Source: a virus (taxonomy: Duplodnaviria > Caudoviricetes). Taken from it: a DNA stretch of 46,104 nucleotides. The notes beneath the pieces are model-generated. The model was not told where the DNA came from and did no database searches. It saw nothing but the letters and a program-made list of their open reading frames with translations. A program made the translations under genes and the position numbers. The stretch lies in the IMG/VR virus record IMGVR_UViG_3300037439_000069, positions 1 through 46,104 of that record; one strand, written 5' to 3'. Positions 27,629 through 36,743 of the stretch are shown in pieces (within the stretch, counting starts at the first letter, position 1; the number at the start of each line of letters is the position of its first letter).

Positions 27629-28519
27629 TCACCTAGTAACCGGGGAGAAGTTTAACGTACATTGAGGGTGCGTATCCATCATTGCAGCCTCTGCTTCTTC
27701 AAACGTAAATTCCCTACCATCCCGATCTTCACATTCCGGGTCGCTGTCACCCAGCAGTGCATCGTGTGCTAACAAGCTTATCACGTTGTCAGCGTCGCGG
27801 TAAACCTCAAACGACGATCTCCGAGATGCATGCAGCGTCTCAGAACGAGCTATCAATTCTGCTCGGTAACGAGAACCAGCATGCGGGAATGCCCCCTTAG
27901 GAACCTGAGACTGAATTTCACGCGCGATTTCTAGAGGTCCGAGTTGCTTCTCCCGAGCTATTGCAATCGTACGGTACAGAGCACGCCGAGTGTCACTCTT
28001 CAAATCAAGCAGACCTAAGCGACGACCACCCTCATCAATGATACGACTCGCCGCTCTGTCCCTCAATTGAACACCAACGTGCATTTCAGAGTTGATTACA
28101 TTCACAGAACGCTGAGCAACTGCCAACCAATGTGCTTCGTACGTAGGACGGATATGCAGATCCGCCCAATCACGAAGCCCAGCATTCGCCAGAATCGCCT
28201 CTACGCCATTCGCCTCACGATCTGTAATCTCAAACAGTTCTCCGTAATAAATCGGGTGAGAACTTGACTCTGAAAGATCATCAATCACCAATGGTTGCTT
28301 AGCCGCAATGTTCGCGACGTATCTACCCATCGACTCGAAGTTACGTCGCAGTTCCATCTTGAACTTGCCTTCCATACGCCGCTGACTCGCCAAGTTCCGC
28401 GATGCAAGCCGTGCTCCTGCACGATATCGAGCTGTTCTATTCAAGACTTCCACGACTTTCGCCTTGTCGCCTTCCCGTGCATGCTCGAATCTCCGTATAA
28501 GGACTGCATATTCCTTCAC
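27629..28519 (-). CDS. MuF-like minor head protein
   Basis: RAELIARSET...C..RDG...HPQC pattern. Lies between portal and protease. Confidence 0.8.
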   Translation of the reverse strand: MKEYAVLIRRFEHAREGDKAKVVEVLNRTARYRAGARLASRNLASQRRMEGKFKMELRRNFESMGRYVANIAAKQPLVIDDLSESSSHPIYYGELFEITDREANGVEAILANAGLRDWADLHIRPTYEAHWLAVAQRSVNVINSEMHVGVQLRDRAASRIIDEGGRRLGLLDLKSDTRRALYRTIAIAREKQLGPLEIAREIQSQVPKGAFPHAGSRYRAELIARSETLHASRRSSFEVYRDADNVISLLAHDALLGDSDPECEDRDGREFTFEEAEAAMMDTHPQCTLNFSPVTR

Positions 28520-28593
28520 ACTTAACCCTTTCTATCGAATCAAAACGACAACAACGACCACGACAATCAGAAGTACCACTAAGAATTCCATAA

Positions 28594-28851
28594 CTATACC
28601 TCTCTCCAAACTCCGTTTTCCAAGTATCCATGCCAATTATTCTCACCATGCGTCTTAATTGAAGGTGATACAGTAGCTGAACCATCAGCATTCCACGTTA
28701 CATTCCAACCTTTTCCAATGTGTCCTATGTCACCATTAGGCAAACGGATCCACAAACCAACCTCGATCTTACTGTACTCACCGATCTCCAGCTCATGGGG
28801 TTCAGTTCCATCGGGCCGTCGCTTACCAGGTGTCAAGTCACCGACTGCCAT
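28594..28851 (-). CDS. DUF6527-like small protein
   Basis: W.....TVSPSI...WHGYLENGVW pattern. Confidence 0.6.
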   Translation of the reverse strand: MAVGDLTPGKRRPDGTEPHELEIGEYSKIEVGLWIRLPNGDIGHIGKGWNVTWNADGSATVSPSIKTHGENNWHGYLENGVWREV

Positions 28852-28854
28852 GAA

Positions 28855-30381
28855 TCAATCCTCATCTTCTGGTTCATCTTCATCATCTGGAACCTTAGGT
28901 GCCAACGCCTTTGCCAACCGATCTGCCGCTCGCGCAAGCGCGTCGCCCTCTTCTGGATCAAGATCCTGCATGGCAGCCTCAACGTCCTCGATACCGATAG
29001 CCTGCATTAACAGACGCACCAAACGATCCCGCGGCAATGTGCCCGCTTCCATCTTCCCATCGAGTGTCGCTGCGCTGATAATCGACTTAACAGTGGACTC
29101 CACATCGTGTTCGAGGATGGGTGGGAACGATATGTCGATCTGTGGATCCTCATCCTTCATCTTCCCTGCTCGAATCTTCGACTCGATCAAGTGATCCATA
29201 ATTGACGAGTGATGATCCGCCCACATCGCTTGTCGTCCGGTAATCATGAGTTCTGTAGGACGATCTAAGGTCTTCGCTGTTGCATGATTGCCGACATCCG
29301 CGTCCCCGGACAGGATCGTGTCAGGTAGGTCCATTGCAGCACCGATCATCAGACGTGACGGGCGTCCATCGTCAGCTGACGTGGTCGCTCCTGTCTTCGG
29401 TATAGGTTCGAATTGATCTGCGCCTGATCCGATGAATACAGCGCCTGCAGGAGGTGGTTTATTCGTCTCGTGTGCGCTATCCTCAGTGATTGCAGAACTT
29501 AATTTGGTCTTTGCACCTTTAACCTTCGAGCCTTTAACAGTGGCTTTCCACGCAAACTTAGCCAGACTTGCGACAATCGTGTGCCAATCCTCGAGGAACT
29601 TACGATACGCACGCGCCCAATCGAGAGCTGCGTACGTTTCAGGAACGCCGAAAAGCATGTTCTTTCGTCCACCGGTCTTCTGATGAATGACAGGCGCATC
29701 CCATTTGATTTCGATACCACCGGATGTCTGTGGTTTCCGTGAAGGATTGAAGCGAAAATCAGGGTAAAGAACTTCCTTTTGTTCAATATCCATGCGACCT
29801 GTGTTGATATCGTAGCGCTTATTGTTCCAAACCCGACGATAGAACCATATCTCAGTCGAATCATCCGGTGACACGATGATCTCCCTGATTTCCTTTGCGG
29901 GAAGGTCCCTTATACGTACCATACCATCCCGAGGATCGGTGAACATAGCGAACAGGGTATTGCCGTCACACTGTTGATCGACATCCGTAAGAATCCTCGC
30001 CATGTGTGAAAACAATGAAGCTTGATTGCCCTTCTCTTCTAAAAAAGGCGTGATGATATTGTCCTGAACTTCCTTATCCTTGGATCTAATCGTCATCCCC
30101 TGTCCCCATGTGTAATAACTACGAACGTTGACCGCACGTTGTATCAACGGATGGGACAGGTACATAGCACCGCTAATATCTATAAGTTGATCTAATCCAT
30201 CGCGCGTAAAATCGGCATCTAAACGCGACGTAAGTCTACGCCATCCCTCATCAGACAATGCAAGTTCCATTTCCCGCATCGATTCTTCAAGATGCAGGTT
30301 TTGCGTTCGTTCTTCGCGTAACTCTTCACGAAGATCAACATCTGAACCATTACGTTGTCGAAGAGTTTCAAATAAACCCAT
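28855..30381 (-). CDS. Portal protein
   Basis: 508 aa, downstream of the terminase. PLI.RAV...DGN...FGVPE..AALDW...GN.ATAKTLDRPT...FPPI pattern. Confidence 0.88.
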   Translation of the reverse strand: MGLFETLRQRNGSDVDLREELREERTQNLHLEESMREMELALSDEGWRRLTSRLDADFTRDGLDQLIDISGAMYLSHPLIQRAVNVRSYYTWGQGMTIRSKDKEVQDNIITPFLEEKGNQASLFSHMARILTDVDQQCDGNTLFAMFTDPRDGMVRIRDLPAKEIREIIVSPDDSTEIWFYRRVWNNKRYDINTGRMDIEQKEVLYPDFRFNPSRKPQTSGGIEIKWDAPVIHQKTGGRKNMLFGVPETYAALDWARAYRKFLEDWHTIVASLAKFAWKATVKGSKVKGAKTKLSSAITEDSAHETNKPPPAGAVFIGSGADQFEPIPKTGATTSADDGRPSRLMIGAAMDLPDTILSGDADVGNHATAKTLDRPTELMITGRQAMWADHHSSIMDHLIESKIRAGKMKDEDPQIDISFPPILEHDVESTVKSIISAATLDGKMEAGTLPRDRLVRLLMQAIGIEDVEAAMQDLDPEEGDALARAADRLAKALAPKVPDDEDEPEDED

Positions 30382-30593
30382 TAGTCATCCTCGAGATTCA
30401 ATGCAGCATTCGCGATGGCTTCGCCCGCCTCAGGTGAGCGTATCACGGCTTCAAGCGCCATTTCGAGACGCTCTCTACGCTCAGCACTATATGCTAGTGA
30501 CTCCTGCTTATCACGACGGGAATGATCACGTTCGATATCAATGCTAAACTCCCAGCTCCCACATAACTTCGTCAATTGTCCTGTGATCTTCAT
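30381..30593 (-). CDS. Hypothetical protein
   Basis: Translationally coupled to its neighbours (TAATG overlap with the portal start). Confidence 0.6.
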   Translation of the reverse strand: MKITGQLTKLCGSWEFSIDIERDHSRRDKQESLAYSAERRERLEMALEAVIRSPEAGEAIANAALNLEDD

Positions 30594-30694
30594 TGTATTC
30601 TCCCTGAACCGAGTTGCTTAAACACTCCAATAACACAAACAATCCATAATACGTAGAAGAGTCCCACAACAGCATAGAACAAAATATCAATCAT
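30590..30694 (-). CDS. 34-aa membrane peptide (not in the ORF track)
   Basis: MIDILFYAVVGLFYVLWIVCVIGVFKQLGSGRIQ. ATGA overlaps with both the terminase stop and the next start. Confidence 0.65.
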   Translation of the reverse strand: MIDILFYAVVGLFYVLWIVCVIGVFKQLGSGRIQ

Positions 30695-32010
30695 ATCTGG
30701 GGACCAATCCTGACCGGTTCGTAGTGCTCGTACACCTCTTCCTCCTCCTCTTCCGCCAACAGAAGACTAGTAACAAGCCACACAAGCGCATCAAGCCTGT
30801 CAGGCGAATCTTCCATTCCCGGAACCCATGTGCATAGCTGATCCTCTAGCTCCGGAAACACACCCACATGGTGCACACGCGCGATACGGCGTTCAGAGCT
30901 ACCATACAGCGACGCAACGGGCTGTGCTCGCGTCTGCTTGCCACGACTTGCATGAACAGGTACAAACGGAACATAAGGGTTAATCGTTGAGATCACATGC
31001 TCCACCATCTCGCCGCCATTGTTAACTTCACCAACAATGCAGTCACCCTTCCAAGTCTCGTACGCTGTAACCGCACGTTCACCCCATCCGTCAGGACCGA
31101 GATGACACGTCTGATCGTCCAAGATGTACACATGTCCGTCATGACCAAGACCTCCTGCAACGATACCAGTGTCATCTGCTTCAGGGCCAGACGTCGCAGC
31201 CGGATCTAACGCGACTACCACTCTCACCAAGCGAGGTGCTTCCTTAACCCTAGACGCTTCAATGAGTTCATGTTTCCACAGCGCACCTTCGATGTCTCCG
31301 ATCAATTTCCCATATAGCTCCTGCTCGCCTAGGTGCGTGCCCTCAAAACGCTGAAGCATCTTCTCACGCCACGCCTTGTTAGAGTGTGGGTTATCGAAGA
31401 TAGAAGCATGGGTAATGATGGTAGCTGGCAACTCACGTATCGCTCGATACGGTTTAGTGTATCTAGGTGTAGTGGAACCTATCGCATGAGGATGATCACC
31501 AGAGCGCAATCCCAATGTCGCCTGATCCCAGGCCTTCTCCAGTTGAACGTTCGCCGCCATCTCCTCCCACCAATCGATATGACGGTTACCACCTGCTCGT
31601 AGACGATCAACGTCTTTCGGGAACGGTGTACCTAGTACCAATGCTTCAGACCCATTAGGCCATATCACCTTCGACCCACCAGGAGCAGACGGTAACCACA
31701 TAATCTCTGGATCAACCGACTTCAAACCTGAAGGTCCTTCAATGCACGACTCGACCGCGTCGCTGTATGTAGGTGCGATGATACGACCGCGGTGACCTGG
31801 ATGCTGGTGCATGTATTTGGCGAAGTATCGAGCGCAAGCTTCTGTCTTTCCTGCCCCTCGTCCAGCTTCTAGCAACCAAAAATCCCACTTCCCTTCAGGT
31901 GGTATCTGATGTGGTTCTAAGGCAGGACGACCAGGAGCTAACCACTCCTCAATAGGAGCGAACATCCTGGTAATGACCTGCTCAGTAGTGCCGGGGACTA
32001 GGTTTGGCAT
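30691..32010 (-). CDS. terL: Terminase large subunit
   Basis: AGRGAGKT Walker A, WWEE Walker B, STTP, nuclease VALDPA..DDTG, EVNNGG and SPDRLDA. Confidence 0.95.
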   Translation of the reverse strand: MPNLVPGTTEQVITRMFAPIEEWLAPGRPALEPHQIPPEGKWDFWLLEAGRGAGKTEACARYFAKYMHQHPGHRGRIIAPTYSDAVESCIEGPSGLKSVDPEIMWLPSAPGGSKVIWPNGSEALVLGTPFPKDVDRLRAGGNRHIDWWEEMAANVQLEKAWDQATLGLRSGDHPHAIGSTTPRYTKPYRAIRELPATIITHASIFDNPHSNKAWREKMLQRFEGTHLGEQELYGKLIGDIEGALWKHELIEASRVKEAPRLVRVVVALDPAATSGPEADDTGIVAGGLGHDGHVYILDDQTCHLGPDGWGERAVTAYETWKGDCIVGEVNNGGEMVEHVISTINPYVPFVPVHASRGKQTRAQPVASLYGSSERRIARVHHVGVFPELEDQLCTWVPGMEDSPDRLDALVWLVTSLLLAEEEEEEVYEHYEPVRIGPQI

Positions 32011-32180
32011 GAGTCAAGATATTTAAGAGCATCCTGTGCGGTTTGCTTCAAAGTTCGCACTAATCCATAAGCTCGGGGATCTGATGCTTGATGACCACCT
32101 GTTGGCAGATGAGCAAGAGTGTCTAACAATTCACGTATCCCGTTCAATGCTTCTTCACTTGTATATGTACCATTTCCCAT
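31998..32180 (-). CDS. Hypothetical protein
   Basis: Short ORF with AGGAG RBS upstream of terL. Confidence 0.55.
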   Translation of the reverse strand: MGNGTYTSEEALNGIRELLDTLAHLPTGGHQASDPRAYGLVRTLKQTAQDALKYLDSCQT

Positions 32181-32216
32181 TTAGATTGCGACTCCTTTCG
32201 AGTTACATATATTATT

Positions 32217-32486
32217 CTAGTCAACAATCATGATCTCCTTGCCATCATCGACCTTAGGAACGTACTCCCTCCAGAACGGACGCACATCGTGATCATGCCC
32301 GCACGCGGGACAGGAGATCGTCAGCTGTTGTTTGACCGTATGTGGATCCTTACGCTGCATACGAATCACCTGCCCTGCACCAGACCCGCATCCAAAAAAC
32401 CCAATCCTCGGCTTACGATAGCGCCTAACATTGCGTTCATGCAAGCTATCCATGCATTCAAGTGACATCCCTGATGTAATGCTCAC
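32217..32486 (-). CDS. Hypothetical zinc-ribbon protein
   Basis: CPACGHDH motif. GTGA-coupled to the upstream gene. Confidence 0.55.
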   Translation of the reverse strand: MSITSGMSLECMDSLHERNVRRYRKPRIGFFGCGSGAGQVIRMQRKDPHTVKQQLTISCPACGHDHDVRPFWREYVPKVDDGKEIMIVD

Positions 32487-32800
32487 TTTACACTCACTGT
32501 CTTTCGTGCTCTAGCCTGACAATTATCCACAATCACAAATGTTTCATTCACTCGCTTTATGAATGCCCTACTCCGTGGTGTATCCTCAGTAACAAGAGCC
32601 AACATAAAATCAATCAAAGTCTGATTCTGTTCATTCCTGCTTTCGCATGCAGCAACTGTCGCTTCATACCTAGACGTTTGCACGTTATCTTGCTCTGTGC
32701 GTAGCTGCACCAACGCTGTCATACCCACGAATAAAGCTCCCATTACTGCAAAAAGAGCTATAATTGTAACAATAAGTTGATATATTCTACGCTTAGTCAT
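32483..32800 (-). CDS. Membrane-anchored hypothetical protein
   Basis: Basic N-terminus, one transmembrane helix and two Cys residues. Confidence 0.65.
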   Translation of the reverse strand: MTKRRIYQLIVTIIALFAVMGALFVGMTALVQLRTEQDNVQTSRYEATVAACESRNEQNQTLIDFMLALVTEDTPRSRAFIKRVNETFVIVDNCQARARKTVSVK

Positions 32801-33051
32801 TGGTTCGTCACCACATATTGTAGTACTCCAAGAGCAAAAACTATTGCAGCAATAGCTGTTGTAATCGTAGCACCTGTAAGTAAACGGCGTAAACCCTTAA
32901 CCTCAATAACCCATTCTTCAAATTCTTTTCTACTCACCTGCTCCTTAGCAAGTAACCTTATAAACTCATCCCATTTCTCAAGTCGATCATCTATTCGATC
33001 TAAACGATAAGAGATCAACCCCTCTCTTTCCTCTTTATCGTGCGGTTCCAT
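32797..33051 (-). CDS. Coiled-coil protein with C-terminal transmembrane helix
   Basis: MEPHD... start immediately after the terS stop. Hydrophobic C-terminus. Confidence 0.6.
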   Translation of the reverse strand: MEPHDKEEREGLISYRLDRIDDRLEKWDEFIRLLAKEQVSRKEFEEWVIEVKGLRRLLTGATITTAIAAIVFALGVLQYVVTNQ

Positions 33052-33052
33052 T

Positions 33053-33778
33053 TCAATTCTCCCCTGACAGTATTTCCTCAGCAGTACTTTCAACAGCAGG
33101 AGCTTCGAGTGTCAACAGACGCTGTTTAACGATTGCAGGTGCCTTCGCCTGTTGATCCTCTGTTAACTGTAAGTCATCTAAAATACCCTGCAGTACAGGT
33201 ACGAGGACGCCCGCCATCCCCTCTGCCATACGTACCAGACGCTCATCCACGTCCGCGCTCAATGCCATCTTGCAGTACCGGGCTAAACGATCAATACACT
33301 CCTGCCGAATACGGATCCATATATGCAAATCCTCAGGACCCGCCATGACTGTCATCTTGTCCCCTCCACCACCTACCTTATCTTCATGTGTCTCAGTTAG
33401 CGTTACTGGACGCTGTAAAGCATCGGCTTCATTGATCTCCCGCAACTTCATATTGCAATACTCTACCTCACCACGCGTAACACTGATGCAGTACAGAAGT
33501 CCCTCATGTGGAGTAATGTCCAGAGGTGCCCCCATCACCACAGCCATCTGTCGACCGGCACTCAGCGCAGCGCCTTGCGTCGCTCCCCCATGTAACTTGC
33601 AGGCTCCATATCCTGCGTGGTCTGTACCCCATCCTGCTTCTTTGGTACAACGCTTGTAGGTATTCTTTCGCTTAGCGTTACAGATCCCATTGAGACCGAT
33701 CAAGGGATCTGCTCTGGACTTGGAATAGTTGGGGTTAGAGGTTACTGTCATCTGATCTCGTCCGTAGCTGATCGTCAT
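33053..33778 (-). CDS. Putative terminase small subunit (HGG-motif family)
   Basis: CNAK...C...GWGTDH.G.G.CKLHGG motif. First gene of the late operon. Confidence 0.7.
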   Translation of the reverse strand: MTISYGRDQMTVTSNPNYSKSRADPLIGLNGICNAKRKNTYKRCTKEAGWGTDHAGYGACKLHGGATQGAALSAGRQMAVVMGAPLDITPHEGLLYCISVTRGEVEYCNMKLREINEADALQRPVTLTETHEDKVGGGGDKMTVMAGPEDLHIWIRIRQECIDRLARYCKMALSADVDERLVRMAEGMAGVLVPVLQGILDDLQLTEDQQAKAPAIVKQRLLTLEAPAVESTAEEILSGEN

Positions 33779-33815
33779 CTTATCATACGTAAGGCCGTTA
33801 TGTTCAGGATCTAAT

Positions 33816-33829
33816 CGAACATATGTTCG
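33816..33829. promoter_or_regulatory. LexA (SOS/Cheo) box 1
   Basis: CGAAC-ATAT-GTTCG, a perfect match to the Gram-positive/actinobacterial consensus CGAAC-N4-GTTCG. Confidence 0.8.
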
Positions 33830-33855
33830 TAATTTACGTTTTTGCTGATAGTTCT

Positions 33856-33910
33856 ACGTTACTTGACTAACTTGCTATACGCGCGTATAGTGAGGTTGTA
33901 CAAGTAACGT
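33856..33910. repeat. Interrupted inverted repeat with a perfect 16-bp core CTATACGCGCGTATAG
   Basis: Arms ACGTTACTTG (33856-33865) and CAAGTAACGT (33901-33910). Core at 33875-33890. Confidence 0.9.
33863..33891 (+). promoter_or_regulatory. Sigma70/SigA-type promoter overlapping the palindrome
   Basis: TTGACT-N17-TATAGT. Confidence 0.55.
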
Positions 33911-33934
33911 GTAATACACGTCAAATCAGTAATG

Positions 33935-33948
33935 CGAACATACGTTCG
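33935..33948. promoter_or_regulatory. LexA (SOS/Cheo) box 2
   Basis: CGAAC-ATAC-GTTCG, a perfect consensus match. Confidence 0.8.
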
Positions 33949-34006
33949 TATTTATGCCAATCGTGTTCACAGCTCTACTGTTCATGCAGTTATACTGCTT
34001 ATCTCG

Positions 34007-34035
34007 TTGACGAACTGACAACGATGCTATATGAT
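34007..34035 (+). promoter_or_regulatory. SigA-type promoter for the primase gene
   Basis: TTGACG-N17-TATGAT about 45 bp upstream of the GTG start, which has an AAAGGA RBS. Confidence 0.65.
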
Positions 34036-34079
34036 GCAATGTTCAACGCCTTCTAGTAATTCGTAATAAAGGACGTTTA

Positions 34080-36428
34080 GTGGCTACCCAATCAAAGTCA
34101 ATGCTCGATCACGCATTGGCGTACGCAAAGCTTGGTCTCCCCGTCCTCCCGCTTCATAGTATTCTCAGTGACGGCACCTGTTCCTGTGGGGCTGCCAAGT
34201 GTCATTCACCAGGCAAGCATCCTCGTACGCAGAACGGGTTGAAAGATGCTACCACTCGCGAAGGTCAAATCAAAAAGTGGTGGGGTTCTACACGTTGGCC
34301 GAACGCGAACATAGGTGGTGTCGGTGGGGCTTATTTGTGTCTTGACATCGACGCTAAGTCAGATGGGTTCAGTTCACTTGAACGTTTGATAGAAGCTCAC
34401 GCCCCCCTGCCTGACACAGCTGTAGTTGCTACAGGGCAATATAACGGTGATCGTGGCAGACATTACTGGTTTAGAGTACCCGAGGATCATGAAACACCTG
34501 GATCACGCGCGGGTGTACGCGGGGGGATTGACATCAGATGTGCAGGAGGTTACGCCGTCCTTCCTCCAAGTCAGCATGTATCAGGAGTATCCTATGAATG
34601 GGAAATTGGATCGCTAGACGAGGTTGAACACGCACCAGATTGGGTTCTTAGCCTCACGCCTGAATTTGTTGAAGCGGATTGTGCTTGGGCTCCAAATCCT
34701 CACTTTCAGATGTCAAAGCAGGTCAAGCAGTTTCTTAAGGGTGAGATTGAAATTGACATTGGTGGGCAACGTGAATTCTTAGTAGCTGCGGCTCGTTCGG
34801 TGTTGGCCACGGGTCGCGATGTTGAAACGACAGCGACACTCCTCTGGGAAGGATATAATGGTGAAGGGGGTATTGAAAATTGTCCGTGGGAAGAAGATGA
34901 TCCGTGGACACCAGAAGGAATCTACGCGCTCGTCAGTGACATATATGCGAAACCACCCACGTCGCCTCTTGAAAAGGACTTTGCGAGTGATGAATTTTCA
35001 TTGGACGATACGGGCAATGGTAAGCGCCTCGTTGCGTCGTTCAAGGACAATCACCTGATCTACGTTCCAGAGCTCGAACGTTGGCATCAATGGGATGAAG
35101 AGGATCAATGCTTCAAAGCAACTTCGGATTCCTGGTTGAGAATGCGGTGGGAAGAGATCACTCAAGAACTCATGCGGCAGGCTCGGCAAATACGGGATGA
35201 AGGTGCTGAAAAAGCGCTCAGAACGCACGCCCGTAATTCACGTATGCGACCGCGTGTAGATGCTGCTGTTTACTTCGCGCGTGATTTCGTTCGTAAGAAT
35301 GAAGCAGAGCTAAACACTGACAAATACCTGTTCGCCGTCAAGAATGGAATCGTTGACCTCAAAACAGGTGAGCTCCTCGACAACACGCCGGAGCATTTGA
35401 TTACGCGGCGGTCGCCAATCAACTACGTGCCTAGGGCAAGGTCTAAACTATTCGACAACTTCCTCAAACAGAGCGTTCCCGATGATGAACTTCGCGAGTA
35501 CTTGCAACTCATCTGCGGGTACACGTTGACGGGATCGACCGACGAGGATGCTTTCTTCTACCTGTACGGACGCCCCGCGACAGGAAAGACCACGTTCAGC
35601 GAAGCATTGCATCATGTAATGGGATCGTACGCCATGACCGCGGACACATCGTCGTTCATGCGTGACTCACAACGCACAGGAAGCGGACCCAGCGAAGACT
35701 TGGCGCGTCTAGTCGGGTCGCGTCTGGTGACGATGGGCGAAGTCGAGCAGCACGAACGTTTAGCGTCTGCACTCGTGTCGAGGATCACCGGCGGGGATGC
35801 GATCACTGCGCGAGTGCTATATGGAAAAACGTTTGAGTATCATCCACAATTTAAACTCTGGATAGCGGCAAATGAACTTCCGCGCATTGCAGGCACGCGC
35901 TCTGGGATCTGGCGTCGTGTGAAGATCATCTCATTTGACCAACAGGTTCCATTGAAAAAGCGCGATCCGTTGCTGCGGCATAAGATCAAGGAACCTGAGG
36001 CTGCAGAAGCTATTCTTGCGTGGATGGTTGAAGGTGCTGTGAAATGGCGTCGGCAATATGATGAGGGGCATACGTTGATCGAGCCTGTTGAAGTGACGGA
36101 GCAGGTGACTGAGTACCAACGTGAGTCGGATCACGTATCGGCTTTCGCAGCTGAGGCGATTGAAGGGACAGGGAATCATAAGGACCGCGTGCCTGTGGCT
36201 GACTTGTATACGCATTACAGGCGCTGGTGTGACATCGAGGGGCGTGAGCGTCGTGAGCAACAAAAAGCGCTCGCGCGGAAACTTAGGACAATCGGGTTTA
36301 CTGCGAAACCAGCGAATGTCGATGGATCAATACGCAGGTGCTGGGTTGGCATGAAGTTGCTTGAACTCGAAGGTAGCAGCGGAGCAGTCAATATCAAAGG
36401 TGCCACGAAAAAGCATGACGTCAGATGA
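34080..36428 (+). CDS. Bifunctional primase-polymerase fused to a D5/P4-type SF3 helicase
   Basis: CSC..C..PGKHP, DID, GRHYWF and DIR..GGY...PPS.H prim-pol motifs. D.GN..R D5_N region, Walker A GRPATGKTT, ITGGD.I.AR and WRRV. Confidence 0.93.
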   Translation: MATQSKSMLDHALAYAKLGLPVLPLHSILSDGTCSCGAAKCHSPGKHPRTQNGLKDATTREGQIKKWWGSTRWPNANIGGVGGAYLCLDIDAKSDGFSSLERLIEAHAPLPDTAVVATGQYNGDRGRHYWFRVPEDHETPGSRAGVRGGIDIRCAGGYAVLPPSQHVSGVSYEWEIGSLDEVEHAPDWVLSLTPEFVEADCAWAPNPHFQMSKQVKQFLKGEIEIDIGGQREFLVAAARSVLATGRDVETTATLLWEGYNGEGGIENCPWEEDDPWTPEGIYALVSDIYAKPPTSPLEKDFASDEFSLDDTGNGKRLVASFKDNHLIYVPELERWHQWDEEDQCFKATSDSWLRMRWEEITQELMRQARQIRDEGAEKALRTHARNSRMRPRVDAAVYFARDFVRKNEAELNTDKYLFAVKNGIVDLKTGELLDNTPEHLITRRSPINYVPRARSKLFDNFLKQSVPDDELREYLQLICGYTLTGSTDEDAFFYLYGRPATGKTTFSEALHHVMGSYAMTADTSSFMRDSQRTGSGPSEDLARLVGSRLVTMGEVEQHERLASALVSRITGGDAITARVLYGKTFEYHPQFKLWIAANELPRIAGTRSGIWRRVKIISFDQQVPLKKRDPLLRHKIKEPEAAEAILAWMVEGAVKWRRQYDEGHTLIEPVEVTEQVTEYQRESDHVSAFAAEAIEGTGNHKDRVPVADLYTHYRRWCDIEGRERREQQKALARKLRTIGFTAKPANVDGSIRRCWVGMKLLELEGSSGAVNIKGATKKHDVR

Positions 36429-36517
36429 GACTTCGTGATTCAACGACCCATCAAGGAGCTTATTGGCAGCGATGGCTTAACCGTATCCTCGATTGGTTGC
36501 TTGACGTCAAGAAGTGA
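36425..36517 (+). CDS. 30-aa hypothetical peptide
   Basis: ATGA-coupled to the primase stop. MRLRDSTTHQGAYWQRWLNRILDWLLDVKK. Confidence 0.4.
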   Translation: MRLRDSTTHQGAYWQRWLNRILDWLLDVKK

Positions 36518-36657
36518 CTTTGTGCGGATCAGCCTCTGAATCTAAAGATTTGACATACGGGGGTGTATGCGTGTATGATACCTGTTCAACGCTCGCTTGT
36601 CAAGGAGCCATGGAGCATAGAGCGACTTTGTGCGAATCAGCCTCCAATTCTAAAGAT
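36516..36657 (+). repeat. 34-bp imperfect direct repeat (36516-36549 and 36624-36657), each copy preceding a TTGAC -35 element
   Basis: GACTTTGTGCGRATCAGCCTC.....CTAAAGAT, 30/34 identical. Confidence 0.85.
36550..36579 (+). promoter_or_regulatory. SigA-type early promoter
   Basis: TTGACA-N18-TATGAT. Confidence 0.65.
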
Positions 36658-36743
36658 CGCGTGAAGCGCTTGACGCTCGGCGATGATCTGTGATATACAT
36701 ACGACCTCAATCAATGCAGGACGACGGTAAGGAGCTCATGTAA

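Noticed and set aside
10623-33814. Numerous + strand ORFs across the structural arm, and - strand ORFs in the replication arm
   Set aside because: They are antisense shadows of well-supported genes, with no RBS or recognisable motifs.
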